From Promethearchaeota archaeon (GTDB lineage: Archaea > Asgardarchaeota > Lokiarchaeia > Sigyniarchaeales > SOKP01), in the NCBI GenBank assembly GCA_048940925.1, contig JBHLOC010000011.1:38453-102452 (forward strand): DNA of 64,000 bases. The letters run 5' to 3'. Both the position numbers and the translations under genes were made by a program. Numbering within the stretch: position 1 is the first letter of the stretch; every line of letters begins with the position of its first letter. Shown one piece after another: positions 39,840 to 50,321 of this stretch. A model generated the notes under the pieces. It was not told the origin of the DNA, searched no databases, and saw nothing but the letters and a program-made list of their open reading frames with translations.

Positions 39840-41900
39840 TCATTCTACTTTTGAACCGAGAGAAATATCTTTATCTAGGGTTAAAATTGATACATTATCT
39901 CCTTCTACAGCGGCAAGCAACATTCCTTTACTAGTAATTCCTCTTAGTTTCCTGGGTTCTAAGTTAGCTAAAATAACAATCTTTTTTCCTTTCAATTCAT
40001 TTGGATTGTAATGTTGAGCTAAACCTGCTACTAGAGTTCTTTTTTCCGTACCTAAATCAACTGTTAATTTGTATAACTTATCAGCTTTAGGTACCTTTTC
40101 AACCTCTTCTATTTTAGCAACTCTTATATCTAATTTTTGGAAATCTTCATAAGATATCAGTTCTTTCTCACCTTTTTTTGATTTTCTTTCTTTCAATTCT
40201 AAATATTCTTTTTTTATTTCTTCAATATCTAATTTTTGAAAAAGTGGTTTTGGTTTTTTAATATTTTGTCCTGCTTTCACGGAATTCTCATTTATACTAT
40301 CCCATGTAAGGTCTAAGAGTTTCTGAGAATTCAAATAAGACAAAATCTTTTCAGAAGTCTCTGGAATGAAAGGTCCTAATAGAATCGCCAAAGCATATAC
40401 CGCTTGGGCACATATATTAAATACATTTCCCGCTGCTTTTTTATTTTTTTTGATTAAATGCCAAGGAGCCTTTTCGTTTAAATAAATATTACAACTTTTT
40501 CCAAAACTGACTATATCTCTTAATGCCTTTCTTAATTTAAAATTTTGTAGACTTTCTCCTATTTCTATACTAATTTTATTTAATTTCTCTACAAATTTTC
40601 TGTCTATATCATCAAGTTCTATCCTTTCTGGAATCCTAAGATTAAATTGCTTTTCAATAAAGGATAATGTTCGATGGATAAAGTTGCCAATATTATCATT
40701 TAATACTTTTATATTATTTTCAAATTCAGACCACAAGAAGGACGTATCACTAGTTTCTGGACGGTTGAATATAAGATTAAACCTCCAATAGTCTAAGGGT
40801 GCCAATTCTAAAGCATCATCAATCCATATACCAATTCCTCGTGATTTAGAAAATTTATCATTTTCAAACATTAAAAATTCCGTGGAAGAGACATTATAGG
40901 GTAATACAAGTTTTTCATTATCTTCTTTGTCATCATTATATGCTATTAATAATCCAGGAAATACAATTAAATGAAATATAATATTATCTTTTCCTATAAA
41001 ATAGACTGTCCTAGTGTTAGGATCCTTCCAAAAATAGGCAAATTTATCCGGTTCATTAATTATTTTTTCAGCCCATTCTTTAACAGCAGTTATATATCCC
41101 AATACAGCTTCAAACCACACATAAATAGTCTTTCCAGCAGCATTTTCGAAAGGTGCTGGAATTCCCCATTTTAAATCTCTTGTAATTGCTCTTTCGGGTA
41201 AACCCTCTTCTATGCTATTAAGACACATTTGTCGAGCATTATCAGGTATGATATCATTCTCTTCTATTAATTTACTCAACTGATTCTGTAATTTAGGTAA
41301 ATCCAAATACCAATGCTTCGTTTTTTTTATTATGGGCGTATTTCCGCAAATTGCACATCTTGGTTTTATCAATTCTAAAGGTGTTAATAACTTTTGGCAC
41401 CGATCACATTGATCTCCTCTAGCTCCATCATCTTTACAATTTGGACAAATCCCTTCTACAAATCTATCAGGTAAGAATAAACCATCATTTTCACAATATA
41501 GTGATTCTATTTCTTTCTCAGTGATATATCCATTTTTTTGTATATCTAAATACATTTTTTGTACAAATTTGATGTGTATAGGATTATGAGTTATCGTATA
41601 ATTATCAAAAGATATTTGCCATTTTTTATGTAAATCTTTTATAATTTTGTGATATTTGAATGCAAGTTCCTCAGCTGAAACGCCTAATTTTTTCGCTTCT
41701 ACCGAAATAGGTGTTCCATGAGAATCAGAACCTGAAACAAAGACCACTTCTTCTCCTTTCATTCTCAGGAATCTTGCAAATACATCTGCTGATAATGTAC
41801 TGCCAATTAGATTACCTAAATGAGGTGTAGCATTTACATAAGGCCACGCAGATGTGACTACCCATTTACCTTTATAATTATTAGTTAAATGAATCACCAA
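39840..41900 (-). CDS. metG: Methionyl-tRNA synthetase with C-terminal tRNA-binding (Trbp111-like) domain
   Basis: TSAWPYVN..HLGN, zinc knuckles, YVWFEA, GKDNI.FH, KFSKS, NLEPRKLRG..S.GMLL. Confidence 0.97.
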   Translation of the reverse strand: MVIHLTNNYKGKWVVTSAWPYVNATPHLGNLIGSTLSADVFARFLRMKGEEVVFVSGSDSHGTPISVEAKKLGVSAEELAFKYHKIIKDLHKKWQISFDNYTITHNPIHIKFVQKMYLDIQKNGYITEKEIESLYCENDGLFLPDRFVEGICPNCKDDGARGDQCDRCQKLLTPLELIKPRCAICGNTPIIKKTKHWYLDLPKLQNQLSKLIEENDIIPDNARQMCLNSIEEGLPERAITRDLKWGIPAPFENAAGKTIYVWFEAVLGYITAVKEWAEKIINEPDKFAYFWKDPNTRTVYFIGKDNIIFHLIVFPGLLIAYNDDKEDNEKLVLPYNVSSTEFLMFENDKFSKSRGIGIWIDDALELAPLDYWRFNLIFNRPETSDTSFLWSEFENNIKVLNDNIGNFIHRTLSFIEKQFNLRIPERIELDDIDRKFVEKLNKISIEIGESLQNFKLRKALRDIVSFGKSCNIYLNEKAPWHLIKKNKKAAGNVFNICAQAVYALAILLGPFIPETSEKILSYLNSQKLLDLTWDSINENSVKAGQNIKKPKPLFQKLDIEEIKKEYLELKERKSKKGEKELISYEDFQKLDIRVAKIEEVEKVPKADKLYKLTVDLGTEKRTLVAGLAQHYNPNELKGKKIVILANLEPRKLRGITSKGMLLAAVEGDNVSILTLDKDISLGSKVE

Positions 41901-41997
41901 TTTACTCTCGTTTATTTATAAAACGAACAGTAGCTTAAATATTTTAAAGAAAAAGCTATTTTTGTATTATTTTTGCTTATTCAATTTTTTTTTAGTT

Positions 41998-43173
41998 TCA
42001 AATGATTTTCGCTCCGCAAAATCGGCATGCCTTAAGTTCTTTATTCATTTTTTCCAAGCAAGGTTCATGATAAAATGCCCCACATTTTTCACACTGATAT
42101 ACCTTGAAATCTCCTAAAAAAATACTATGACAATAAGAACAAGATGCATCAATTTGATCTATCTCTTGATTTGGAATTAACGCCATCCTAGTTTCTAATG
42201 CCTTATCTTCTTCTATAATTTTTATTTCCTGGAGTACTTCTTCTTTATCTTTAATGAATTTTAACGCTGCTGGGGGTAATTCTAATAGAAAAAAGCAGAA
42301 AGGACATCGAAAAACATGTTCTTTATATTCAGTTTTTTTTGCCCACATTGCCGCGCACGATAAATGCATAGCTCTTTCACAGGAAGGACAATAACGACCT
42401 TCACTATAGAAGTCCGCTCCTGTTACTGGAGCTTTAATTGAATGACATATTTGACATCTTTCTTGTGCTCTTTCTTTTCCACTCATTATTAATCGAATTT
42501 CTAAAATTGAAGGTCTTCTTAATGGTAATGCTATTTCACTAACTAATGGGGCAATTTTTTCTTTTCCTTCTGGAGAAAACGGATCTATTTTCTCTTTCGC
42601 TTCTTTTTTTGAAGCAAACGCTTTACCAGCATTAATTAATGCTTTAGAATTAGTGAAATAACCATATTCCCCATTTGTCAATTGGGTGATTCGTTTTAAC
42701 ATATTATTGTCGATATCTTGAGAGCCTCCTAATTGGCAAGCATCAATGAAAACTCCTAATCCTTTCGCGATTTTAATGATTTTCTCAAGTCTTGCTGGTA
42801 CAATAATTAATTTATTATCACTGATAATGAATACTCGGAATGTTTTACCTCCGATTTTACGCATTTCTTCTACTAGAACCTGTAGAGAAAATGCAATTCC
42901 TTCATGTAAAATCCCTCTACCGGAGATTCGCACACTTTTTAATGATTTGATTAGTAATTCTTCTTCAAAGGCAAAATTAATCAACTTTTTTGGAATTTCT
43001 CCGAATGAAATTATAGAAATTCTGTCTTTCATGTCAATAGACAATTTTGTTTGAATAAAATTTTTGGCAGCCTGAAGTTCAATTGCTAATCTACTTGGTT
43101 TAAAATCTTTTCTAAGCATTGATCTCGATGTATCTAAAAGAAGAATTGTATCTTCTATTTTTAACTCTCGCAA
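41998..43173 (-). CDS. vWA-domain protein with two C-terminal C4HC3 RING/PHD-like fingers (Ssl1/p44-like layout)
   Basis: DTSRSM..KDFKPSRL MIDAS; CQIC..CPSC..H..C..W..CPFC; CSYC..CEKC..H..C..CRFC. Confidence 0.8.
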   Translation of the reverse strand: MRELKIEDTILLLDTSRSMLRKDFKPSRLAIELQAAKNFIQTKLSIDMKDRISIISFGEIPKKLINFAFEEELLIKSLKSVRISGRGILHEGIAFSLQVLVEEMRKIGGKTFRVFIISDNKLIIVPARLEKIIKIAKGLGVFIDACQLGGSQDIDNNMLKRITQLTNGEYGYFTNSKALINAGKAFASKKEAKEKIDPFSPEGKEKIAPLVSEIALPLRRPSILEIRLIMSGKERAQERCQICHSIKAPVTGADFYSEGRYCPSCERAMHLSCAAMWAKKTEYKEHVFRCPFCFFLLELPPAALKFIKDKEEVLQEIKIIEEDKALETRMALIPNQEIDQIDASCSYCHSIFLGDFKVYQCEKCGAFYHEPCLEKMNKELKACRFCGAKII

Positions 43174-43297
43174 GTTTCTTTAATGATGTATTAGATGTTT
43201 AAAATTAATAAAATAATAGAAGGAAAATCTTATAAATTTCTATATTAACCTTGGAAATTACATAAAACCACGAGTATTTTTTAAAGGTTTTCAATTT

Positions 43298-44644
43298 TTA
43301 TTTTAGAAAATTATAAGCAAATATAGAATAAACTTTAATAGCATTAATAAAATCCTGAATTACTATATTTTCGTTGACTGCATGAGCAGTCCCAGCCATT
43401 CCAGGTCCAAATATTATTGTAGATTTACAATAATCAGTGTTACGGTAATAAGCTGCATCTGCACTTGCAGGTAAAAAGAAATATATTGGGGTTCTTCCAT
43501 AAATCTTTTCAACAATATTCTGAAAATTTGGTAACACTGTTGAATTTTTCCATTCTTCCCAATATGATGCTTCACCTTGCTTAAGTACTTCTAAATACAC
43601 AAAAATTTCTTCAGGTCTCCCTTTAGATTCTTTTTTGATTTGATATCCTAGGTCGTGGATCAATTTTTGTAGGGCATTTAATATCATTTCAGTTGTTTGG
43701 CCAGGTAATAATCTAAAATCCATTACTGCTTCACATTTATCAGGGATAACATTTGGTTTTATACCTCCCTTAATCATTGTTAAGCTTTTCGCAAAAAGAG
43801 TATTTGCTTTAATAACATTCTGAAGTAAAGGTTGTTCACTTAAAATTTTCTCAAAAACATCCTTACTGGGAAAGGCAATACTTATTTGTTTTTTTAATTC
43901 ACTTGAAGACATTGGAGGGTCAATTTTTGGAATTTCCTCTTCTAATTTATCTAAATTCTGAATTATCTCACTCATCATGTAAATGGCATTTTTTCCCATA
44001 AAGGGTGCAGATGCATGACAAGAGACTCCATTAGTAACTATCTTTATCTCAATACGCCCTTTTTCTCCAAGTATTATAGCTTTTGGTAATGGATCTAATC
44101 CTGATGGTTCACCAATAACTACAAAATCACATCTTTTGGCAGACAATTTATTTTTAAGGAGCCACCCAGTTCCAAGTAACCCCCCCGTTTCTTCATCTGC
44201 TACAGCCGATAAAATTAGATTTCCAGACAGATTTAGATTTAGCTTCCTTAATAATTTTAATGTAATAACCATTGCGGTCAATCCCCCTTTCATGTCAGCA
44301 GCGCCTCTACTAAAAATTTTTTTTCGCTTTATAGTCGCTGAAAGAGGAGGATTATTCCACTCTTCTTCGGAACCAGGAGGAACAACATCCATGTGTCCGT
44401 TGTATAAAAGAGTCTTCCCTTCAAAATTATCATTTAAAAATGCAACTAAATTAGCTCGATTGTCACCGAAAGGATAAATTTCTGATTTGATACCTGCATC
44501 TTTCAAATACTTATCAATAATTAACGCTACATTTTTCTCATTTCCAGGAGGATTGTATGAGTCAGCTTGTAAGAGTTCTCTTAATAATTGAATATATTCT
44601 TCTTTATTCTTTTCAATCTCATTTAGTATTTGATCTTCACTCAT
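43298..44644 (-). CDS. M20 family metallopeptidase/deacylase (ArgE/DapE-like)
   Basis: NGHMDVVP, RGAADMKGG, DEE, GEP, AHAVNE. Confidence 0.92.
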   Translation of the reverse strand: MSEDQILNEIEKNKEEYIQLLRELLQADSYNPPGNEKNVALIIDKYLKDAGIKSEIYPFGDNRANLVAFLNDNFEGKTLLYNGHMDVVPPGSEEEWNNPPLSATIKRKKIFSRGAADMKGGLTAMVITLKLLRKLNLNLSGNLILSAVADEETGGLLGTGWLLKNKLSAKRCDFVVIGEPSGLDPLPKAIILGEKGRIEIKIVTNGVSCHASAPFMGKNAIYMMSEIIQNLDKLEEEIPKIDPPMSSSELKKQISIAFPSKDVFEKILSEQPLLQNVIKANTLFAKSLTMIKGGIKPNVIPDKCEAVMDFRLLPGQTTEMILNALQKLIHDLGYQIKKESKGRPEEIFVYLEVLKQGEASYWEEWKNSTVLPNFQNIVEKIYGRTPIYFFLPASADAAYYRNTDYCKSTIIFGPGMAGTAHAVNENIVIQDFINAIKVYSIFAYNFLK

Positions 44645-44717
44645 TTTTAATTTCCCTCAACTTAATGATGTATTTTGGTACTAAGAAATCATTGTAGTTT
44701 TTTAATATTTTGTCATA

Positions 44718-47700
44718 ATGACTTCTCACGCAATAAACTTAAAAAAATTAGGAAATTTTAATACTTTTAAATTATTTTATAAACAAAAAATAGCTATTAC
44801 GGATATTCTCTTGATTCGACGAAATAAAGAAATAAAACGCAAAATAACTGTCTTAATTTTCATTTCAGTAATCCTCCTATCTAACGTGATAATTTTCTAC
44901 AATTTCACTAAAAATAAGGGAATAGACGATAAATACTATGATAAAGATGAAAATCTTAAAACTTCTGTTCCAAATTTATATGAAAATATTAACGGAACAG
45001 GAGTAAATCAAGATATAAGAATTTACGGAAATAATAAATCTAAAAATTTTAATAATAATAAAGAATATTTTGAGATTCCCACATATAATTCCGATGATAT
45101 GTATCTCACATATGGAGATTTTAATTGTACGCTTCAAAATAATTATACTACAGACTACGTCATAGAAGATATTGATGCATTACACCCCTTAGGACAATTT
45201 ATTGATTTTAATTTTAACACAAGTACTAGTTATACTAATATTACTATTCACAATGGAACTTTGATTTCTGGGCAACCTAATCAGTGGCACGATAATAATA
45301 ATGCAACAGAATGGTATATTCTTGCTAATTTAGGTCTTATCAATTTTACAATAGCCGCAAACTTTTTTGGAACTGAATATTCTCCATTTAATCTTGAATT
45401 CAATAGATCACATATATTAGGACTTATTTCAACTCTAGATTTTCGAGTCGGACAAAAAGTTAACTTAACTATTAGATTAAAAGATACAGATTCAAATTGG
45501 AAGACAGTTGTAGGTCCCATTGAAGTTGATAATAGTATAGGAAATCAAAGGATAAGAAATAGGCTTATTAACACCAATTTAAAGTATATCGATACGCTTA
45601 ATAGTACCTTTATACAGTTTATTTTTGAAAATACCACCAGTAGTGGTACTATCCAGCTTTATATGCGGGAATACAACATGAAAGCTACTTATGGAATTGA
45701 TTTACCCATTACAAATACTAGTTATGTTGCATTAGAATTCGATTTAAAAGGTCTTAAGTCTACTGTCAATGGATTCTATGCGTGGATAAGGACATTAGAC
45801 CTTCAAGAAGCCTCCAATGCTAAATTAAATATTACTCTCTTTAGAGCCAATGGTACAGTTATACGAGATGATGAATTGCGTCCGGATGGCAGAAATTTAC
45901 GAGATCCCAGTGACCCACTATATAGAGACATTAAGCCTAATATGAGTTTAATCTCTTTAATTGACACAAACATAACAAAATATAATCAAGATAGGCTATT
46001 TTACTTCAGATTTAATCCTGATGACACATCGAACTTAATGTTATATAATTACTTCATTGTTATTAAATCCAATATCTCCAAACCGATTTATAGCTTAGTG
46101 ACCCTTCCCTGGACAGCCTTTGGAGATAATAAAACTGAACAACAATTAAAAATTTCAAATAATGGTGGAACTGATTGGAAAAATGCTAAAATTAGCATAA
46201 ACGGAAATCCAATTCCTCAATTAGATGCTAGCTCTTTTAGATTAAATGTTAAAAGAGGTTATATGCCCTCTGATTTTATTATTAATCATAATCAAACATT
46301 AAGAATTCAAGATCTACCTTTTGAGAATTTAGTGAATAAATCAGCCCCTTATAATGAAAGTTCTTATCTCACTTGGGGTTTAGGACGATGGAACCATAAT
46401 TTTTCTACTCCAATCGATGATAAATTCGCTAATAAATTCCAAATTTACCTTAAATGGAATAAAACAATAACTAAAGGATTCACTTTTAATGTCACATTTT
46501 CAGTTAATGCATATTGGATTGAAAATGCTACTGCTAATTATTATGCAAAATATAATGAAGATCCCAAATGGATATTTGAATATAATTTAAGTAAAAGTGA
46601 TCAAAGTTTTACAAATTGGAGTTTTCTTGAATTCTGGTATGTATATCATAATTATTTCAATGCACTAAATTTAACTAATCCAAAAGGTGAAAAAATTCTT
46701 AACAGAACAGTTGAACAGACAATTTTAGAAAGGAATCCAAGTAAGTATAAAATTGTTATTCCTAATAGCACTATTTATCCAAGCGGTCTATACATCCTAA
46801 ATTTGACTAGCTTCAATTTCATAAATAAAATGCATAGTTATATCAATTATAATGGAACATTATGGGAAACGAATGGCTTTATGTATGGAGATAATATTTC
46901 TATAAGTGCTGCGATTCAAGATCATATGTTAAAAGCGCCTAAAACTGGTGATATGAATGCTACACTTTTTTATCCCAATGGTACAACCTTTCCTACTCCA
47001 ATATTTACATCTTCCTCAGGGATAATTAATGAATCTATTTTGTTTTATGACTTTAATGATCATACAATTCTAAATTTAACAAATGATGTAACTGAATTTG
47101 GAGAATATCATTTAGGATTCTTTTGGTTTAATGGATCTGCAATAGGATGTAAAGAGTTAACAATCTATATAGATACTTATGATGTTGAATTGGAGAATTT
47201 TAACTATTCGTCCAATTTGAAAAAAAACATATTTAGTGGAAAAATGAATAATATGGTATATGATAATTATACTATTTTAGTTGCCTCTGTAAATGAAACT
47301 ACTAACAATCCCGACACAGATTTTTATCCCATAAATAATAATGAAATTAATAAACAATTTTCTTTAGAGATTGGAGATCAGGTATTACCTGTCGAGATAA
47401 AAACGTTTAATCAGAGTGAAAATATTTTAAATCCTGGTGAAACTATTAATATTAAAACCTCAATTCAAAATACTCATCCCTTCATACCTTTTGATGTAAA
47501 AATTCAGGCTAATTTAGTATCTTGTGCTAATGATAAATGGATAATAACACAAAATACCTCTCAATCAGTAACACTAAACTTTTCTGGCCATCCGGATGAT
47601 ATATATGAATTTAGTATTAATTTAACCATTCCAGAATTAGATAATATTACCAAAATATGGCCCGGAGTTAATGCACCTGTTAGATTAGGAGGAGCAAAGA

Positions 47701-48932
47701 CTATAATAACCGTATTCATAGAAGATACAGATGTTGGGAATTTTATTTCTGAAGATTTTTCATTATTGAGTAATCAGACAAAAGATATTTTTGATGGATA
47801 CATAATTGCTTTAAGAACCGTTGAAGAAACAGGATCACCCAGTATAATTAACCTTTTTGAGAGAAATGAATCTATATATTACCCCAATCAGTCCCTAATT
47901 ATGGCAAATGTTTATGACCGTAATTTTGTGAGCAGTTATGATCAATTTTACTCAAAATTCACTCTAAAAAAAAATAGTAAATTTGTAAATATAACATTAA
48001 TGCCTAATAAACCTGTTAAGGGTCAATTAATCAATATTAATTCTTATTTAGTTACGGAATTCGAAGACCCAATATCAAATAGAAACATCACTTGTCAATA
48101 TTACAATAATAATGAATGGATAATAATTGATACAAAATTAAGTGATGATAAGGGGTATACATCCTTTTCAATAAATACTCTAAGCATTAATTTTACGGAG
48201 GATTTAGTTGTTAATTTGTCATGGAATGGAGATACTATTAATGGTGTTTCAGAAAATATAACGATTAACGTAATACATCAAGTAAATGAATTGTCTATTA
48301 ATGTTAAACAAAATATTCCTCAAATTTATAGAAATCAAAAGACTACCTTAACTATTTATCTTGATAACACTGGTGATTCAAGTCTAAGAATTTCAACTAT
48401 AAATATAGTTTTAAATAATGAATTAAAATATTCTATTGTTGGAGCAGATTACCTGCAACTCGATTCGCTATCTCCTGGTGAAAGCACACATTTAATTATT
48501 GATATAGAAATTAAAGATATAAATAAATTAGAAATGAACCTCTCCATTGTAGCACAAAATATTATAAGTAATGAAAATATAACCTTTTCTCACGAATCAT
48601 CATTCAAAGTTTTTGAACCTCCAATTTATGAGAATTTCATCAAATTCTTCAGCATTTTCATGATATCTCTAATTATCTTACTATGGATTATTTCAATTTT
48701 ATATTCAAGGAGAACAATGAAAAAAATTGAAGCTCCAATTGAAGAAGCTCCAAAGAAGCCTAGAAAAGCTAGATATGTTAAAGTATCAGAGTTAAAAAAG
48801 CCTACTCCTCCTAAAAAGATCATAAAGAAAACAGAAGAGACAAAAGAAATTGCACCCAAGGAAAAAACTGATTTAGACACCCTTCTAGAAGAAAGAGGGT
48901 TAGCAGAAAAAAAGAAGAAACAGAAGAAATAA
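44718..48932 (+). CDS. Large membrane-anchored surface glycoprotein
   Basis: N-terminal TM/signal, Asn-rich beta-strand body with many N-x-S/T sequons, CARDB-like NTG domain, C-terminal TM and Lys/Glu-rich tail. Start possibly TTG 44811. Confidence 0.8.
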   Translation: MTSHAINLKKLGNFNTFKLFYKQKIAITDILLIRRNKEIKRKITVLIFISVILLSNVIIFYNFTKNKGIDDKYYDKDENLKTSVPNLYENINGTGVNQDIRIYGNNKSKNFNNNKEYFEIPTYNSDDMYLTYGDFNCTLQNNYTTDYVIEDIDALHPLGQFIDFNFNTSTSYTNITIHNGTLISGQPNQWHDNNNATEWYILANLGLINFTIAANFFGTEYSPFNLEFNRSHILGLISTLDFRVGQKVNLTIRLKDTDSNWKTVVGPIEVDNSIGNQRIRNRLINTNLKYIDTLNSTFIQFIFENTTSSGTIQLYMREYNMKATYGIDLPITNTSYVALEFDLKGLKSTVNGFYAWIRTLDLQEASNAKLNITLFRANGTVIRDDELRPDGRNLRDPSDPLYRDIKPNMSLISLIDTNITKYNQDRLFYFRFNPDDTSNLMLYNYFIVIKSNISKPIYSLVTLPWTAFGDNKTEQQLKISNNGGTDWKNAKISINGNPIPQLDASSFRLNVKRGYMPSDFIINHNQTLRIQDLPFENLVNKSAPYNESSYLTWGLGRWNHNFSTPIDDKFANKFQIYLKWNKTITKGFTFNVTFSVNAYWIENATANYYAKYNEDPKWIFEYNLSKSDQSFTNWSFLEFWYVYHNYFNALNLTNPKGEKILNRTVEQTILERNPSKYKIVIPNSTIYPSGLYILNLTSFNFINKMHSYINYNGTLWETNGFMYGDNISISAAIQDHMLKAPKTGDMNATLFYPNGTTFPTPIFTSSSGIINESILFYDFNDHTILNLTNDVTEFGEYHLGFFWFNGSAIGCKELTIYIDTYDVELENFNYSSNLKKNIFSGKMNNMVYDNYTILVASVNETTNNPDTDFYPINNNEINKQFSLEIGDQVLPVEIKTFNQSENILNPGETINIKTSIQNTHPFIPFDVKIQANLVSCANDKWIITQNTSQSVTLNFSGHPDDIYEFSINLTIPELDNITKIWPGVNAPVRLGGAKTIITVFIEDTDVGNFISEDFSLLSNQTKDIFDGYIIALRTVEETGSPSIINLFERNESIYYPNQSLIMANVYDRNFVSSYDQFYSKFTLKKNSKFVNITLMPNKPVKGQLININSYLVTEFEDPISNRNITCQYYNNNEWIIIDTKLSDDKGYTSFSINTLSINFTEDLVVNLSWNGDTINGVSENITINVIHQVNELSINVKQNIPQIYRNQKTTLTIYLDNTGDSSLRISTINIVLNNELKYSIVGADYLQLDSLSPGESTHLIIDIEIKDINKLEMNLSIVAQNIISNENITFSHESSFKVFEPPIYENFIKFFSIFMISLIILLWIISILYSRRTMKKIEAPIEEAPKKPRKARYVKVSELKKPTPPKKIIKKTEETKEIAPKEKTDLDTLLEERGLAEKKKKQKK

Positions 48933-48986
48933 AACTTTTTGAAATTATTCCCTCTATTTTTGTTTAAATAAAAGGAGAAAATAAAG

Positions 48987-49340
48987 TTATAAATTAGATA
49001 TTGAAATAAGATTACGCTTAAGAAGGCCAAGACTGGCTTTCCCATCAAGACCAGCTAGCCCAATTAACAATAAATCTTTAGAACCTACTAAAACAGCAAA
49101 TCCCTTCTGAAGTTCTATAGTAGTAGTTTTAAGAGAACCTTTACCTATATCATTCCCCAAATTATTGGAATCCCTTATGATTGTTGCACATGCCTTCGCA
49201 ATTTTAGCATGATCCATATCAGTGATCGTTTGGCCTACCAATACTTTACCATTCGCATCAGCAGCAATTAATCCTTCTGTTTCAGGCACGATATCCATTA
49301 ATTCCGCTAATTTTTGTTCTACAACCTTCTTATCAACCAT
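48987..49340 (-). CDS. Roadblock/LC7 domain protein
   Basis: EGLIAADANGKVL, alpha-beta roadblock pattern, SLGLL C-terminal helix. Confidence 0.8.
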   Translation of the reverse strand: MVDKKVVEQKLAELMDIVPETEGLIAADANGKVLVGQTITDMDHAKIAKACATIIRDSNNLGNDIGKGSLKTTTIELQKGFAVLVGSKDLLLIGLAGLDGKASLGLLKRNLISISNL

Positions 49341-49488
49341 AATAAAAAATCCCTATAAAATTATTTCAATAGATTTGACTTCTGAAATTGGGAAAGAATT
49401 TAAAATTAATAAATATATAGTTTGAAGGAATTTAAATTTATCAAAATATATAAAAAAGGAAAAGTGAAAAAATTACATTTTATAGAAT

Positions 49489-49785
49489 TTATTTCAAAAT
49501 AATTAAAATGAGATTCTCCTCCAGTGCGACCATGGTTTCACGTGATTCCCCTCCTTCAGTCGTTTCTAACCGTATAAAGTTCAATTTACCCTCTCCTAAT
49601 GCTTCAACTACTTGTCTTCCCTTTCCAATCAGCGATGTAACATAAGCTGCAACTTCTTCACTGAGTTCTATTTTCATGTTTGAATCAATTGGTAAACCAC
49701 TAGAATCACAAATAATGACTCCACGAATCCCCTCCCTTTCTTCGAAGCGCCGGATGATAGCCTTCACTTCTGCTCTATTTATGAT
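49489..49785 (-). CDS. Roadblock/LC7 protein resembling eukaryotic dynein light chain roadblock
   Basis: AEVKAIIRRFEEREGIRGVIICDSSGLPIDS...LNFIRL..E.MVA. Start proposed at ATC 49785 (ORF track GTG 49767). Confidence 0.85.
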   Translation of the reverse strand: MINRAEVKAIIRRFEEREGIRGVIICDSSGLPIDSNMKIELSEEVAAYVTSLIGKGRQVVEALGEGKLNFIRLETTEGGESRETMVALEENLILIILK

Positions 49786-49929
49786 AGTTTATCACACCTT
49801 AAGAAATATATTCTAAATTTTTAATATTATAATAGATTTAATGTTTTTAAAAATTTATATTAAAGTTTTTAGAGTTAGTTATTCAGAATATTTTACTCTT
49901 TGAAATGTATAAAAAAAATTAGTGTTTAA

Positions 49930-49998
49930 CTAAAGAAAGTAATTTTTGAACATATTATGTTTTCTCTCTTCTCCTACAGAAATTAGAAATCCTAGGTA
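49930..49998 (-). pseudogene. Displaced 3' remnant of the MBL-fold hydrolase gene (51494-51562)
   Basis: YLGFLISVGEERKHNMFKNYFL* vs YEGFLTSVGEERKHNMFKEYFL*; similarity continues ~40 nt past the stop. Confidence 0.88.
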
Positions 49999-50321
49999 AT
50001 TGTTTTTACAGGATTTACAAGAGATATACTATCATAAAAAATTTATTAATTTTAATATGAACTATTGATTCAGAGGGCTGAGTTGTGAATTTATTCATTT
50101 AATCAATTTTATTATAAAATAAAATTTTTGCACACAGAAGTTTTTACTTTAAATAGCAGTGAAAAGAGCAAAAAATTAAGTTCTTTCAATAATATTAGCT
50201 TTATCTGCATAAAGGTTAATAAATTCTACATTACTATGGATTTTCTAAATAAAAAAAATTTAAGAAAAGAATAAATTTTTATAATCAATATTTAATAGGA
50301 GTTTAATTTTGAGCATTAATA

